From Lama glama (Eukaryota): a stretch of DNA of 64,000 nt. The notes below the pieces were generated by a model. It saw nothing but the letters and a program-made list of their open reading frames with translations. It was not told the origin of the DNA and did not search any database. Numbering within the stretch: position 1 is the stretch's first letter; every line of letters begins with the position of its first letter. Shown piece by piece: positions 49,991-64,000 of the stretch. A program made the position numbers and the translations under genes. The DNA is taken from the NCBI GenBank assembly GCA_028534125.1, contig CM052816.1:4590001-4654000 (forward strand). The letters are read 5' to 3'.

Positions 49991-52900
49991 CTGTTGGATG
50001 CCACAGGGTATAGGAGGAAGACCATCTACCCACCATCCTACTAAATCCTTTGTGAGACTGAAGCTGACATTTCCTTTTTGTTCCCTGTGCAGTTGGCCTC
50101 ATCTGGCTTCTCATTAATGGCTCTCCCATCATTTCACTAATTTCTTATCACCTCCACTTTACAATTTAGAGACTAAGTAATCAAGCTCAAAGCTTCCTGG
50201 GGCAGCTCATCCTTCAGAAAATTACCACAGTCTAATCCAACATTGAGCCCTCATCTTCATCCTCTAGTCTCTACCTGGTAGGGACTTTACTGGATGAATT
50301 ATACCACATTAATGGATTGAAATCTTTTCCTTTACTCTCAGGTGATTAAACTCCCAAGCCTGAGCACAAAAGCTTTATCAGAAAAGCAGCATCTCAGGAG
50401 AACTTTTCTTCAGCCAGACAGAATAGCAAAGCATATTCTCCTGAAAAAAAAAGCTATACTGCCAACTGAGCTTGACTTCTGGATTTGGGGAGCACTATAA
50501 TGTCACACCAGCTACACAGTGGCCATGTAAAGGCTGGCTTGGAAGGACTCTGGATAGATGAGAACCTCTCCAGGCGCGATCCACAGACCATCTACAGTGA
50601 CATGAAAACCGAAACTGAGAGTAAGCCCTTAGAAACATTTATAGCAAGTTAACATTGCTGAAATTTTTTTATTGTATTTTACCAAAGCATTAGCCTGTAA
50701 CAATTAGAAATTAATTAAAAAAAAAAACTGGTCCTTCACTACAGGTAGTTTGGGAAGCACTAGTCTAGACAAGTCCAAGAATGAATTCACCAGGAATGTC
50801 TCCCATCAGTTCTCCTCCCATCCTCTTCATGACTCTGTGTTCCACATTAGTTGTGCCCATCAACAACAGCAGCCAATAACAACCATACTGAGCAAATTTG
50901 GGATAATTCAAAGAATAAAAATATTGATGGCAAAAGAATAAGCAGTCTCTTTCACAGACAGTTGTTCATTATCCAAGGCTGCTCTACCTGATGATCTAAT
51001 GTCATGTAGTGATGGCCAGGATAGTTAATAGCAATGAAGCACCACTGTGTGCCAGGCCCTTGAAGTGATTCATGTGCATTATTTAATCCTCAGAATTCCC
51101 TGGAGTACGTATTATTGTAATCATTTTAAGGATAAGAAACTCGGACTAGATAGCTCAATTAAATTGCCCAAGGTCACACATCTAGCAATTGGTGACATCT
51201 AGATTGGAGATTTAATCCCAAATCTTTAATAAGAGTCCAGTCCCTGAGTCCTTAACCCTAAAACTGTACTGCCCCTCTCCCATGGGTATGCCTTGTTGTA
51301 GTTCCTTTCATTGCCATCTGTCTAATTGCCCTTTATCTTTCAAAACAAACACCCCAAAGCAACTGAAGTCTAGACCAACAGAAAGAACACTGAACTTGGG
51401 GTCAGCACACTTGGACACCAGGCCTCTATCTATTACTAAATAACTGCATGATATTAAATAATCTTTATCATGTATGACACAGAGGTAACCATGTTGGTAC
51501 CATCTACCTACTTCACAGAGTTTTTAACAGGTTGAAATGAGATTATAAATGGGACAATTCTTTGGAAACTCTCAAAAGATTTTGTCCTGTAGATATCACC
51601 ACTGTTACTAATTTGGGAAACCTAGATTTGACTACATTTATCCCAGAGACGATTCAGCATACTACATTATGACAGTCTTCTTGTAAACTAGTAAACTGGA
51701 CTATTTAAATTAACAGTTCCAACCAATTGCCTTTATCAGCTCAGATTCATGAAGTGATGTTTTAAGAGGCATAAAAAATATATTCCCTGCCCTCAAGGAG
51801 CTAATTGCCTTGTCCAAACAATACTACTTACATACACTGAAAACATACTCGACAGTAAAACGAGGTCGTTTGTGCAAATGACCAAGGATTGAATGACATG
51901 GTACAGACTCAAATGGAAAAAAAATATCACCCAAAGCTGGAATGATGAGGAAGAGCTTCAAGAGAGAGCAAGCTCTGAGCTTGGATAGAATCCTATCCTA
52001 ACTGAATGCTGGCAGAGAACTCAGAAATCAGCTGCCACCTTTTGCAGGTAGAGAAAGGGAAGTCCAGGCAGAGAAAATGACTTGCCCACGATCTCAGAGC
52101 GTGCCGGTGAAGGTCAGGCGGGACCATGTGATCACACGCGTTCTCTTCACCAACTCTGTGTTTCTCTTTTTCAAGGGAGATATGTTTACCCACAGCAATG
52201 AGGTCCCAATGTCGGGACTTTCAGCAGGCTGAAAGATCTGTGGATACATTTCTGGATAAAGAAAAGGCGGCTGGCTTACTTAGTAAGCATCTTCTCCTTC
52301 TATGCCAGAAGCCAGCCACCAGCCCTACCTAAAGAGTTAAACTAGGTAGGAATAAGAATAAGAATTCAAACTTGAAATGCCCTACCTGCTGAAACTCTCT
52401 CTCTCAGACAAACTGTATCCCTTGGGAGTCTGTGGAGGCACAAAATGTCTCCAGGGCATCCTGACAAAGAACACATGACAGCCATGTACAATTTGCAGCT
52501 GCTCCAAACAGCATTCCGCCCTCACCCACCCACCTCCAAGACTTAAAGAGCAACTCACTGAAAAAAGAGGCTTTCAGGACAATTCTCTGAACTCTCTGAA
52601 TCGGGACATGAGGCCACACTTGCAAAAAGAAACTGGAGAAGTGTGGTCAAAACAAGGGCAGAGGGGCTACAGGCACCTGGAGGTACCACCAGAGGTTCAG
52701 AACGTGCTTCTCAAGGTGAAGCTGAGGCTACTGCAAGGCAGGCCTGAGAGTGCAGAGAGGCAGAGATGGGATATGCTTCGAGCCCCAACACGTCAAGTCT
52801 CCATGTTCTCTTTCCAACCTTCGAACAGGTTAGAAATGGGGAAATAAATGGCTCTAGGATACCATCCAGCCAGACAGTGAATCCTTGCCCATAGAACGCC

Positions 52901-53701
52901 CCCTGTTCTTCTGCCCAGGACATTGGCAGGCAGGACAGATTCTACAGAGAATGCACTCACCTCTCCAGGGTGATCTGGCCAAATGGGTAAAGGGCTGTTG
53001 ACCAGTCAGAAGCCTGGCTTCTGCTGGGCCTTCATCATATCAGGTGTCTGCTGCTTATAAATATGTTCCCTCCAGATATAGCCAAGAGTGACAGTCACGC
53101 TGTGATCGTGCTTGTCCCAAATTGCAATACTGCTATATCCAAATATGTCACGCAAGGAGAGAAATAAAAGAATGTAATCATTTTCCAGGGCTTCTGGCCA
53201 CTGCAGCAAATCTGTGCCTAGTGGTGACTGAAAATTTCTCTTTATTCATTTCTCAATGAAAATGCAAAAAAACAAAAAACAAAAAAACCCACACCAAAAA
53301 AACAAACAAAAACTTAAGATGAAGATACAGTTAGACACCTCAGTGTTTGGTAGCTCATGTCTAGATGGTTGAAAGTTTTGTCAACTAAGTTCAGAGGGTC
53401 CAAAATGGCATTCCTGACATCAGTGTCATTTCTTCTGGTTGCACAGTGTTAGGCGTACCACTTTGCTGGCCCTCCACTACTATCACCTTGGATCTAGACC
53501 TTATTTCTGACCTTGGTCCTAAAGGATTAAGTCAGGGAAGTCAATTATATTCCCTTCCTCGTGAAAATTCCCATCATTGGGTAATAACTTCCTTGAGTAT
53601 GCAGACACCCTGAAATATCCAGTTTCAACAGGAAAGAGTATTGTGATCGATTAGTGATGGTTCCCACTGTGGTGGAGGGTACAGGGATGAAGATATGCAT
53701 G

Positions 53702-54267
53702 CGTAGGGAAGGGGAAAAAACCTTTCTCCCCTTACCCACCTTACGTTTTCTGGCTGGGGTCCCACAAGTTAAACTGACAAACGAGAGACGGATAAACAAA
53801 AGGAAAGCCAACAGAAGGTTATTAACATGCGCATCATGCTTGCACTGGTGAGCACCCAGTGATGAATAACTCAAAGTGGTAGGTAGAGCTTAGATAGCTT
53901 CTTAAAAACAATAATAAAGATGTGACAAGACAAAGAAAAGAAATCTGAGCTTCTAAGGGTGGCAAATTGTGGGAAGGCAAATAAATGGGGAAAACTAATG
54001 ACAGCTTAGGGGCTAGTTTTAGCAAAGTTTGTCCTACACATACCTCTGGTGCTGTCTCTGGGCTGATAAGGGGCTAGAGTTGTCTCCAGTGATTAACTTC
54101 TGTCCTTCCTGGTAGAGAGGGGAGGGAGGACACCTTTACAAATTTATGTTCTGCTTTTAGGCAAATGCAAGGGGAGGGCAAAAAGCTTTTCTTATATCTG
54201 TTTCTTTCCAACTGCCTTCATCTCAAAATAATCCTTATGCCAAAATGACATATTCCGCCACTTTTCA
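53702..54267 (-). mobile_element. ERV1 solo LTR (MER34A-like)
   Basis: The reverse strand reads TGAAAAGTGGCGGAATATGTCATTTTGGCATAAGGATTATTTTGAGATGAAGGCAG, matching the recalled MER34-type start. A 4-bp TSD CATG lies at 53698-53701 and 54268-54271. Confidence 0.75.
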
Positions 54268-54455
54268 CATGATATACATCCTCCAGCCTGTGATGAACAC
54301 CTTCTCTTGTCTTTTACGCTCACTCTCAGAGCAAGGTCACTGTAACAATAAGCTTCTAGAACAACTGTTTTCAGTACAATAGGGGCATAGTACATAGGTG
54401 TAAATATGAGTAATATGACTGAACAGATCCACTAGCTGTCGTTCAGTAAATTCTT

Positions 54456-54581
54456 TTTTTTTTTTTTGGTGGGGGAGGTAATAAGGTTTATTTATCTATT
54501 CTTAGAGGAGGTAATGGGCATTGAACCAAGGACCTCATGCATACTAAGCATGCGCTCTACCACTGAGCTATACTCTCCCCC
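54456..54581 (-). mobile_element. tRNA-derived SINE of camelid type
   Basis: The reverse strand reads GGGGGAGAGTATAGCTCAGTGGTAGAGCGCATGCTTAGTATGCATGAGGTCCTTGGTTCAATGCCC..TAAATAAACCTTATTACCTCCCCCACC-poly(A), with Pol III A and B boxes. A 12-bp TSD CAGTAAATTCTT lies at 54444-54455 and 54582-54593. Confidence 0.92.
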
Positions 54582-57500
54582 CAGTAAATTCTTAATAAAC
54601 ACTTGAATGAATGAATAAGAGAAAGAAAGAAAATGTGTATGAACCACATATGGGTCATCAGTCATGAACAAGGAGGAAAGATAGTACTCTAGTATTTTAG
54701 AACAGGCTCGCTTGATGAGCCCGTGGCACTTCTGTCCAGTTCCTGGGTCCTGCCCCTCGTTTCCCAGATGCTTTTCTCCCTCGCTGCCTGTGAATGGTAT
54801 TAGCAGAGGTGATATTAGCAGATTTCTTTCTCTGGCATTTCCTTGTAAACTTTGCCTTCTCACTTTCTCAGTGAGGATGCTTTGACTCCAAAATAACAGA
54901 AAACCCTAAGTAGCCCAGATTAAACAATATTTTGTTTTCTCATCTCATATTAATATTTATTGTAATAAGAAGTCTGCAGTTAGGATGCTCCAGAGTCGAT
55001 TATCCGAGTGGCTTATCAGCATCACTAAGGAACCAAACTCTTTCCATCCTCAGTAAGGAAACATTATTCAGAACCCGCCAGCAGATGTCCTTTTGTGTCT
55101 CATTGGCTGGGATTGCTTCCCCTGTTTACACTTAAACCAGTCACTTGCAAAGGGATTGGGGCCATGACTGGCTTGGATGTGGGTTAGGCTCTGAGTCGCT
55201 GTAGGGCTCAGGCAGATGCCCTCCAAAAACACTGGGACTCTTCCAGCAAAGGAGGATGGGAAATGGCTGCTGGGTGGGCAGCGCCCTGCAAACATCAGAG
55301 GCATTCGTTGCTACAGAGGAGGGAAGACAGCACAGAAAAATGCTCTCCTCCTTTGGTTCTTAGATCTTAAAAGCCTAGGCTGGTTACGTACAAAATATTT
55401 AGAAGAATGAGATACATAAGAGCAAAAGCTTTCCTACATCCAGAGGCTAGACAATGATTACCTGAGTCAAGTGAAGAGGGGAATGATAAAGAGAAGCCAA
55501 GGGAATTTAGATCTGAGGTCTCCCAGAGCCCCCCCCCCCCAATCTACCTCTTCTCCCACCCTCTGCTTCAGCCCAAGTAGAGCCTCAGCAGGAAGGACCA
55601 CAGGACACAGGAGAGGAGTGGGGGTTGAGGAACATGGAAGCAAAGTGTTCCACAGCTCCCAGGGGTGTAGAACTTCCCTCCCATCCCAGTCAACACTCAA
55701 AGGCCACAGGAACATGGGCCAGTGAGTCTGTAACCCTGAAGAAGCTTTGTGGTTGGAACAAAGGAGGAACTCATGATCAGAAGATCCACAAGGCATCTCA
55801 GCAGTGCCTACGTGATGATGATGCAGCTCCAGTGCCTTAAGAAATGGGGTTTCACCTGAGACAACCCAGCCAGGTAAGAAGTGAATGGGTTTTTGTTCAG
55901 ATCTCAGTTGGTTAGAGTGCCACGAATTTGCAGACAAGTCATAATGCGCTTCTGGAGCATTTCCAGAATGCTAACATAGCTTGCAATTTCAAGATTTGTT
56001 CTACAACCAGAACCTCAGGTTCAGTGTGCCAGGAGGCACACTGACGTGCTGTCCTGTGCACATGCTACCCTGTACTTCCTGCTGGGGGAAGCTGCTGCTC
56101 CCAGTCTGGGTGACTACACTTCAAAGTGTGGGGGAAAAAGACCACAACAAACTTTTCATGCTGATAAAAGTTAAAGTTGCAGAGAAAGAAAATAATGTGA
56201 ACTCCTGCTGCTCTTGAATTAATTAGAAATGAATTTTAGAAAAGAAAAATAGAACATCTTGTTCTGTGCAGTTGCTAAAAAGTTCTCCTTTTCATTTAAA
56301 AGGTTAGGCAAAGCCATTACATGCTCTTACATTACTTTTTTTGAAAGAGCACACTGTTCCTTCAAACTTGCAGAGACATCATTTCACATGTTTCCAGGCT
56401 GGACCAAGGCTGTGTGTGTCTCTTTGCATCATTATCCTTGATAAATCTTCATGTTGTTATCATTGTGTGGAAAGCCATATTCCAAGACCAGTGTTTGGGG
56501 TTCTTTAGCTTTTGATTCGGCTTCTTAGCAAAATGATTTGATGTTTAGTATTTATCTCTCCTAGCCTTCATTTAGGAAGCAATTATCCTACCACTGGGAG
56601 CTTTAAAGTGGAATCTTATGTTATATAAATTTCCTGCAATAACTGCACCAACCCCAATTCTAATAGGATCAGGGCTACAAATTTTAGTTTTTAAAGAAGA
56701 AATTGCTAATCATTCCAAAATTTAAAATAGAACTATAGCAAGAAAAGTTAAAAAAAAAACACTTAAACTGCTATAATTTTAAGAAATATTCTATGGTCTA
56801 AAATTGATATTCTTAAAGCCATCAACCACATGACTGATCTTATGTCATCATGATTATAAAAATAGTGATAACTCGGTCTTACCTTGTTAAAAAATAATAG
56901 AACAACAACAAAAAACCTCTTCTTCCTCCTCCCATAGAGAATCATGTGTTTTAAAAGGAAGAAATAAAAACTATGAGAGTTATAGTTTTATACAAAGGCA
57001 CAGAGGACTCTGGGTTCATGAAGAACATTCTGCAAAGCTGGTGTATATGTCCATGCACCAGGAAGACAGTGTTCTGCAGCATCCTCAGAAAAATAACAGT
57101 TACAGTTCTAGACAGTCAGGTTCACAGGAAGATAATCCTGAACTTGGGGGCTGGGGGGACTCCAAGAAGATAATGGTAACAGAGTAACTAGGAGTAAGAC
57201 AAAGGGAGTGTACATTTATAGAGATAAAGAGGGCAGCCATGGAAAAAGATGTAGGGACAGCAGCAGAGAGTATCAGAAATAGTGGTTCAAAGATAAGCAA
57301 GTCAGAGAATATTACCCAGGAAAGTAGAAGCAGAGTTCAAAGCCAAGTAGCACTGCTTGACAGGACAGGACGCAAGAACTGGACAGTCTTAATACATTGA
57401 AAGAAAGTGGAGATACCAGAGGCATAGAATTATGCCTTCTCATGGTGAAGGAGGTAGCTTTAATGGCAAATCATTCTGGACCAAAAACCAGAAGGTGGAC

Positions 57501-59339
57501 TCTGAGAACTGTACTCATTTGTCCACCTGGACAATCCATCCCATATTTTCAACCTGTGAAAGTTCTATCTATCCACTGAAGCTTCCACCCACTCTCAAAG
57601 TCCTTCCAGATCCCACCAGTCAGATCGATCCCACCACTGTTCACACTGCGTGTCCCTAGGACTGCAGTCTGCCCCGTGTTACTGTCAGCTCTGCACCGCT
57701 CACTCACTCACATTTCTCTTTCCAGTTTTCTTCCATGCAGCAGTGGCAACCCTCAGGCAAGTTTCAAGGGAAAGTTCACACAAATTGGTTTTTCATGCTG
57801 GCTGCAGCCCTCTCAGTGGGAAAGAGGACAAGGAGGGTCCATATCCAATATTCTGTTGAAAATGAGACTTTCCCCTTTATCCAAAACTCAATCCCTGACC
57901 TAAATCACCTTCTCAGTTACCATACTTTCAGACTCTGTAAGAACACTGTGTATGGATAATAATAACAACACACATGTATCTTTCTTCATCCTTCATCAGA
58001 ACACCTCTGAAGGGCATTCAACTAATCCCAGAGAACAATTACCAGCACCTAGCCCTAAAATCCCAAATATATCCCTGAAGGCTTAAATGTCCTTTCCAAT
58101 CCACAGTTTCAGGAATACTCTGAGCTGACATCTCTCTAGGTTAGAGAAAAATAAGCAAGCCAACCTCACTGCCTCCACCAACTTAAAAATTTGCATGGCA
58201 TTACCATAATACGTTATGGGTTTGTTTTACAATGATTACTTCTGACAGGGTCCCCAGTCTAAACTGAGTATCTGTGGCATGAAGAAGCCTTCACCTTCAA
58301 GAAGAGTTTTGTTCATACCATGCCTCTTAAAACATAAATCAATATGCACATTTTAACCTCAAACAAGATCATGAGGAAAAATCAGTTTTCATTTCTAAGA
58401 GATACACAAGGAATCATACATGTCTCTCATGGGGCATTTTAGGTGGATACTATGCACTTCCTTGATATAATTAGGCCATCCATTATATGTCTCAAGTTCT
58501 GTCCTCTGGTATCTAGGCTCTTTAATGTCATCAGTATAACTTCTAAAACTAATAACATTTTTCTTATCATATTAAATGTGTCATACTATTGTTGACATTT
58601 TAGAAAAGACTCCCCGAGAAAAAAGAAGAAAATAAAAATCACCGATACTCTTACCACACTGAGATCTTCATCCTATTGTTTAGATCTTCTCACTGGTTAT
58701 TTTTCAAGAATTTTTAGACAGGGAAATTTTGGTAATCCCATTCAAGTTACATTTTTAAGCTACTGGAATCAGTGTGGTTGACCTGGCTTGCTAATATTAC
58801 TCTGAAGGTTCAACATCATGATTATTCTCGTATGATTTATAATAAAGTCTCTCTGGACAAGATTTCAGTTTATTGTTATTATTTCATGTTCATGAGGTAG
58901 TTACCAACCAAATCAATCGTGTGTTCACAACACATACATTCTGATTAATTCACTGACAGCACCAGACGGGGAGTTTAGGAGCTGAGAACCCTTATCCCAG
59001 CTCCTTGATTATTTGCCTGAGTGATTGGGGCAGGTCGCTTCTCACACCAGCACCATTCCTTTCATGCTGAATCTCAGTTTCTTCATCTATAAATTAAAGG
59101 GGTTGGATTAAATTGTCTGAGTAACTTTTAGTTTTCTTGGTCTGAAGTTCAATTGCCCACTGGGCCAAGTAACAGCTGGCTGAAAGATCCAATTGTTAAG
59201 AATGATTCTGGGCAAGGCCATGACCATTAACAGGGTAAAATGGAGGAGCCATACTCATCAATAAGAGTCATTCCCTTCAGAATCAGAGAAGAAGAAAAAA
59301 AAAAACAAATCCTCTGTTTAAAACTGTTCTGGCCAAAAG

Positions 59340-62300
59340 CTTAAAAAATCAATCAATCAATCAATCAATAAGCAAGCAAGCATATACCATAAAGTGTGAA
59401 ATAAACAATAAAACATAATCAAACATAATTTTAGAGGGTGAAAAGTATGTAAGTACCATAAAGCAGGATAAAGGAATAGAAAGTAATAAATTGTTAATGA
59501 TTTAATTGGCCACTAACAACACCTGAAAGAACCAACTATAAGATTTAAGAATGAAGTTTAGCAAATTTTATGGATACTAGATAAATATTTAAAATTAACA
59601 GTGTTAATAGAAACTTTAATAAAAGTTAATAGGCTTTTTTACTAGCCTTCCATTTATAAGAGCAATAAAATAAACTATTAACTACTTATGAATAATCATA
59701 ATGAGAAAAAATAGGGCATACTGAAAATAGGTAGTAAAAAAATACCATAAAGTATTGAAAAAAGAGATGGATCATTCAATGGTAAGCAGCTTTGAAATTT
59801 AGGAAGACATCAGTTCATGGCAAATGCCAAATTAAATTCGAGACATATTAAAATGAAACAAAATATTTATCATCTAGAAAAAATGCAGGTATTTATCAAC
59901 TATATGAAAAGAAACGTGACTTTCTAAACAAATTCAATGTATGAAATCAAAAAAGGAAATATCAGTAGACTTCACAACCATAAATATTAAATTTCTGTAT
60001 TATGTACATCAAAATTAAAAGGCTGAAAATTCCACTTCTAGCCAAAATGAGGTAACAAGGACCAGATTTCCCTCTTCCATCCTACACAACTAGAAAACCA
60101 AACCCAACATATGAAACAACAATTTTCAGACACTGAACAACAGGCAGGGGAGGACTGTGATGTCTGAGATAACCAACAAGGTGAGCACTACAACTAGAAG
60201 CTTACTGCCTAGAAGCAACTTCCAAGCTACAGTAGAGGGTAGAGGAAGAAAACTTAAGAGTATGGTGGTTTCACTCAGTTAGGAGATGGAGATCAGACTT
60301 AAAATTCAGTGGTTAGTAACATAAAACTCATAGTGTTATCCAATTAAAACTTATCAAGCATGCAAACATATTCCTTATCCAGGAGAACAATCAAAGAAAC
60401 AGATTCAGAAATGACAGAGACAATGGATCTAGCTAATAAGGAGAATAAAATAGCTACACTAAATGTTGTACATATTCCAGAAGGAAGCTAAACACTTGAG
60501 CATACTGAAGAGAGAAAAGAAAGATACAAAAAACAAACAGACAAAACAAAACAAAACCAAACCAAGAAACCAGGATTAACAGCAAATTAGACACAGTAGA
60601 AAACCAGTTGAATTTTAAGATGTAGCCATAAAAGAGCTACCCAAAATGCAACACAGATTAACATTAGTAAAGTACTGGGGAAAACAAAATGTCAACTTTG
60701 AATTCTTTACCAAATGAAGATTTCTTTTTAAAATAAAGATTAAATAAAGACTTAGTCAGATAGATACAAGACAGCTGAGAGAATTCATAACCAGGAAACC
60801 CACATTACAAGAAATAAGATTTTTCTGACATTAGAAATTCAATCAAATCCGTTCACCATATTAACAATCTTAAAAAGAAAAATGGATGCAGAAAAGGCAA
60901 AGTTTAACACCCATAAATAATATTTCTAAAAGTCTCTCATAAAACTAGGGATTCCCCCAACCTTTCTCAACAACCAGAAATATATCTGACAGACAGTAAT
61001 TGATTTCATTGGTTTTCTCTCTGTTTCTATTTTTTATCTCATTCATTTCTTCTCTGCTCTTCATTATTTTCTTTCCTCTGCTTACTTGGGATTTTAGTTG
61101 ATCTTCTTTATCTAGTTAGGTAGGAATTGAGTAATTAATTCAAGACCTCTTTTCATTTCCAATAAAACTGTTTAAGGCAATAAACTTCTAAGTATGCTTC
61201 AAGTAGCATCTTACACACTTTTTCAGTAAAAAACTTTCTCATTTCCCTGTAGATTTCTTTTCTGACCCATGAGTTATTTAGAGGTATGTTTCATTGTTTC
61301 CAAATATTTGGGAATTTTCCAGATATCTTTCTATCGCTGGTTTCTAATTTAATTATCCTGCATTAAAGAACACACTTTGTACAATTTTCATCATTTTAAA
61401 TGGATTAAGACTTGTTTAGTATTCCAGAATAGGGTCTAATTTGCTAAGTGTTCTCTCTATGCCCTAGGGAAAAAATGTGTATCTTGTTTCTGGGTGAAGT
61501 ACTCTATCGTTATCAATTGGATCAAGATGGTTGAGAGAGTTAAGTACAGTCTTACTGATTTCTGTTTATTTGTTCTATGAAGTATTAAGAAAGTATTTAA
61601 ATCTCAAATTATAATTGTGTAGTTGTCTGTTGCTTTTTGCAGTCTTAATAGTTGTTTCATGTATTTTTTAGTTCTGTTATTAGGTGTATAAACATTTAGA
61701 ATGTTATGTCTTCTTGATTAATTGACCCTCTTATCATTATGAAAGTATATTCTTTATCACTGGTAATATTCTTTGCTCTGAATTCTACTTTATCTGGTAT
61801 TAACTTACATACTCCAGCTTTCTTTTGAATGGTGTAGAAGAGCATATCCTTTTTTTAAAAAAATGTTTTTCACTTTTAACCTACTCTTGATTTTATTTTT
61901 CAAGTAGGTTTCTTATAAGCAGCATATAATTAAGTCTTGTTTTTTAATTCAATCTATTTTTGCCCTTTAATGGGGATTTTTAGACCACTTACATTTGATG
62001 TGATATTTTTAGACAGTAGATTTTTTTCTGTTTGTACCATCTGTTCTTTGTAGTGTTTGTCCATCACTTTGGGATCACCATTTTTCATTGTCCTGTTTTC
62101 ATGTCTGATATCCTGAAAAACCACTGTTTTGTATATTTGTTTATTTTTTGTTTATTTCAGGTAGAAGGATGAGTCTAGTCTCTGTCACTCTGTGTTGCCC
62201 CAGAAGTGGAAGTCCCTGGCAACTACTTAGTATACAAAAACTGTTGTTATATAAAAGCTGGAAAAAACATCAATGCCTATTAACAATGAACAGATAAACT

Positions 62301-63350
62301 GTGGTATGGCAATGCAATCAGCAATAAAAAGAACACGCTTCTGCTATATACAAAAATACACATGAAAGCACCATGCTAACAAGACCCAAAACTACTTAAT
62401 ATAGGATTCCATTTATACAAATTCTAGAAAAGGAAAAATAAAATGACAAAGAAGAGCAGTGGTTGTCAGATATCAGAGGCAGAGGAAATGGACTGACAAC
62501 AAAGGGATACAGGACAACCTTTAGGGTGAGGAAAATGTTCTATATCTTGATTGCAGGGTGGTCACATGACTCAATGCATTTGTTAAAACTCATTACATAT
62601 ACACTTAAAATTATTGATTATTATTTTAGGTAAATTATACTTCAACAAAGCTGATTTTTAAAGCTGTTTTAAAGGCCAATAAAAATGATGGCAGAGAAAA
62701 AGGAGATTTTTCCATAAATGTGATAACAATAAAAAAAATTTTAGGATACAAAGGATCACATCAATCCATCAGAAAAACACTAACATTCTATAGAAAAGGG
62801 GCTAGATAAGTAAACAGAAAGCTCACGGGAGAGGCAGGATGCAAAATACTCACTGCTATTGAGGGAGAAAGGAACCAAATATTATCAAACCCTACTGGTG
62901 GAAATATGACTTGGCACAACTTCCTAGAAAGCAATTTGGGTATCTGGAGAAGTCTTAAATTATTCCTACTTTGGGGCCTAGTACACCCATATCCAGGACT
63001 CTCTGAAATTTTCAGAGGCATAAACATATACTTGGAAAAATGGATGTTCTCAACACAATTAATTGTTAGAACCAAAAGTAGCATGAAAAACATTTGGTAT
63101 TTCATGTTAGGAAGTATGATTACATTAATACCTTATAATTCGTCTCTTTCATGGTATTTTCATGATCATCAAAAATTACATTTTCAAAGAACTGCAGTGA
63201 TATGAAAATGGTCTTGATATATTAAAAGAATAACAAATAGGATACAAAGGTATTTGATTTCATTTCTATCATTTGTAATAAAATAAACATTGTGTGTGTG
63301 TGTGCACACATTTGAAAGGCTGTAAGGAAATACACCACAAGATTAACAGT
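59340..63350. mobile_element. Cluster of ancient, fragmented L1 pieces in both orientations (5'/ORF1 ~60020-60960 plus; ORF2 EN ~60990-62200 minus; 3' ends ~62220-63350 plus)
   Basis: Degenerate L1 motifs (TTTCCAAATATTTGGGAATTTTCCAGATATC; GATTCCATTTATACAAATTCTAGAAAAGG; GGATGCAGAAAAGGCA). Boundaries are approximate. Confidence 0.75.
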
Positions 63351-64000
63351 GTTATTTCCAGGTTGTAGAATTGTTGGTCTTTTTTTTTTCTTCTTATATC
63401 CTTTTCTGAGTTTTTACACCTTCCACACTGATATTGCATTTCTTATGAAAGAAAAATAAGATATATATATATATATATAAACTTTCAAGTATTGTTAATC
63501 TCAAATAAGAAGTAGAAAATTAGTCTGAGTTTGTTATTTTAAGGGAGTAAGTGAGAACATGTTCCCATCACCCTCCATAGGAATAAGTAGCACTCTTTTT
63601 AATGTATATTAACTTTTCACAAACCACTGTCATTACATACAGAACAGATTGTGGGGTCAATGCTCTTTCAAAAATTTTTTTGACATCTTTCACTAAAATT
63701 TGCTGATTCACAACTATATAAAGACACAATGTTAGACATCAGGAATCTAGAATCTACAAGCCAAAATCCCTTCCCTCAAGGAATCCACAGTCTTTTGAGC
63801 TAGACTGTGGACTTCCAGCTGGAAATTTGGGCAGGCTATTAGTGGACCACAGCTGCTCTGAGATTACACAGGAAGAAAGAAAAAGAATGCATCCTTTTAC
63901 TTATTCACTGATTCATTCAAGATATATTTATTGAAACTACTAGTTTCAAACACTGTTTATGTTCCTGGTTTTACAGTAGTTAACAAAGAAGTTGTAATTC

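Noticed and set aside
52176..52282. Possible plus-strand exon (tttctctttttcaag|GGAGAT..CTTA|gtaagc; EICLPTAMRSQCRDFQQAERSVDTFLDKEKAAGLL)
   Set aside because: The peptide is unrecognised, no partner exons were found, the donor exonic context is weak and it lies next to a MIR. It is indistinguishable from a pseudo-exon.
54505..54581. tRNA gene
   Set aside because: The tRNA-like head is followed by a SINE body, poly(A) and TSD, so it is a SINE.
1..64000. Prokaryotic-type systems (CRISPR arrays, operons, defence islands)
   Set aside because: The sequence is mammalian and repeat-rich, with no regularly spaced repeat-spacer arrays or dense coding regions.

Overview
This is mammalian nuclear DNA, most likely camelid (camel, alpaca or llama), judged from a tRNA-derived SINE and L1 3' ends of camelid type. 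It reads as intronic or intergenic sequence dominated by decayed L1, L2, MIR, MaLR/ERV LTR and hAT repeats. I could not support any spliced protein-coding exons of a host gene, and nearly all listed ORFs are spurious or repeat-derived. The one gene-like element is an essentially full-length processed copy of SRSF2 (SC35) at 41808-43744. It has the 5'UTR, a 209-codon open frame, the complete 3'UTR, a poly(A) tail and a 14-bp target-site duplication (TSD), and it is inserted into a 5'-truncated L1. It is unusual in three ways. (1) It kept its CpG island and shows a strong A/T->G/C substitution excess that extends into flanking L1, L2 and MIR sequence, a footprint resembling GC-biased gene conversion (gBGC). 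(2) It carries an in-frame deletion over Pro95, the human myeloid-cancer hotspot. (3) It derives from the productive SRSF2 isoform that retains the 3'UTR intron. Other structural points are an L1 flanked by an ~85-bp duplication and several 5'-inverted L1 insertions. All repeat subfamily names and SRSF2 comparisons rest on recalled consensus or human sequences, not on database searches.
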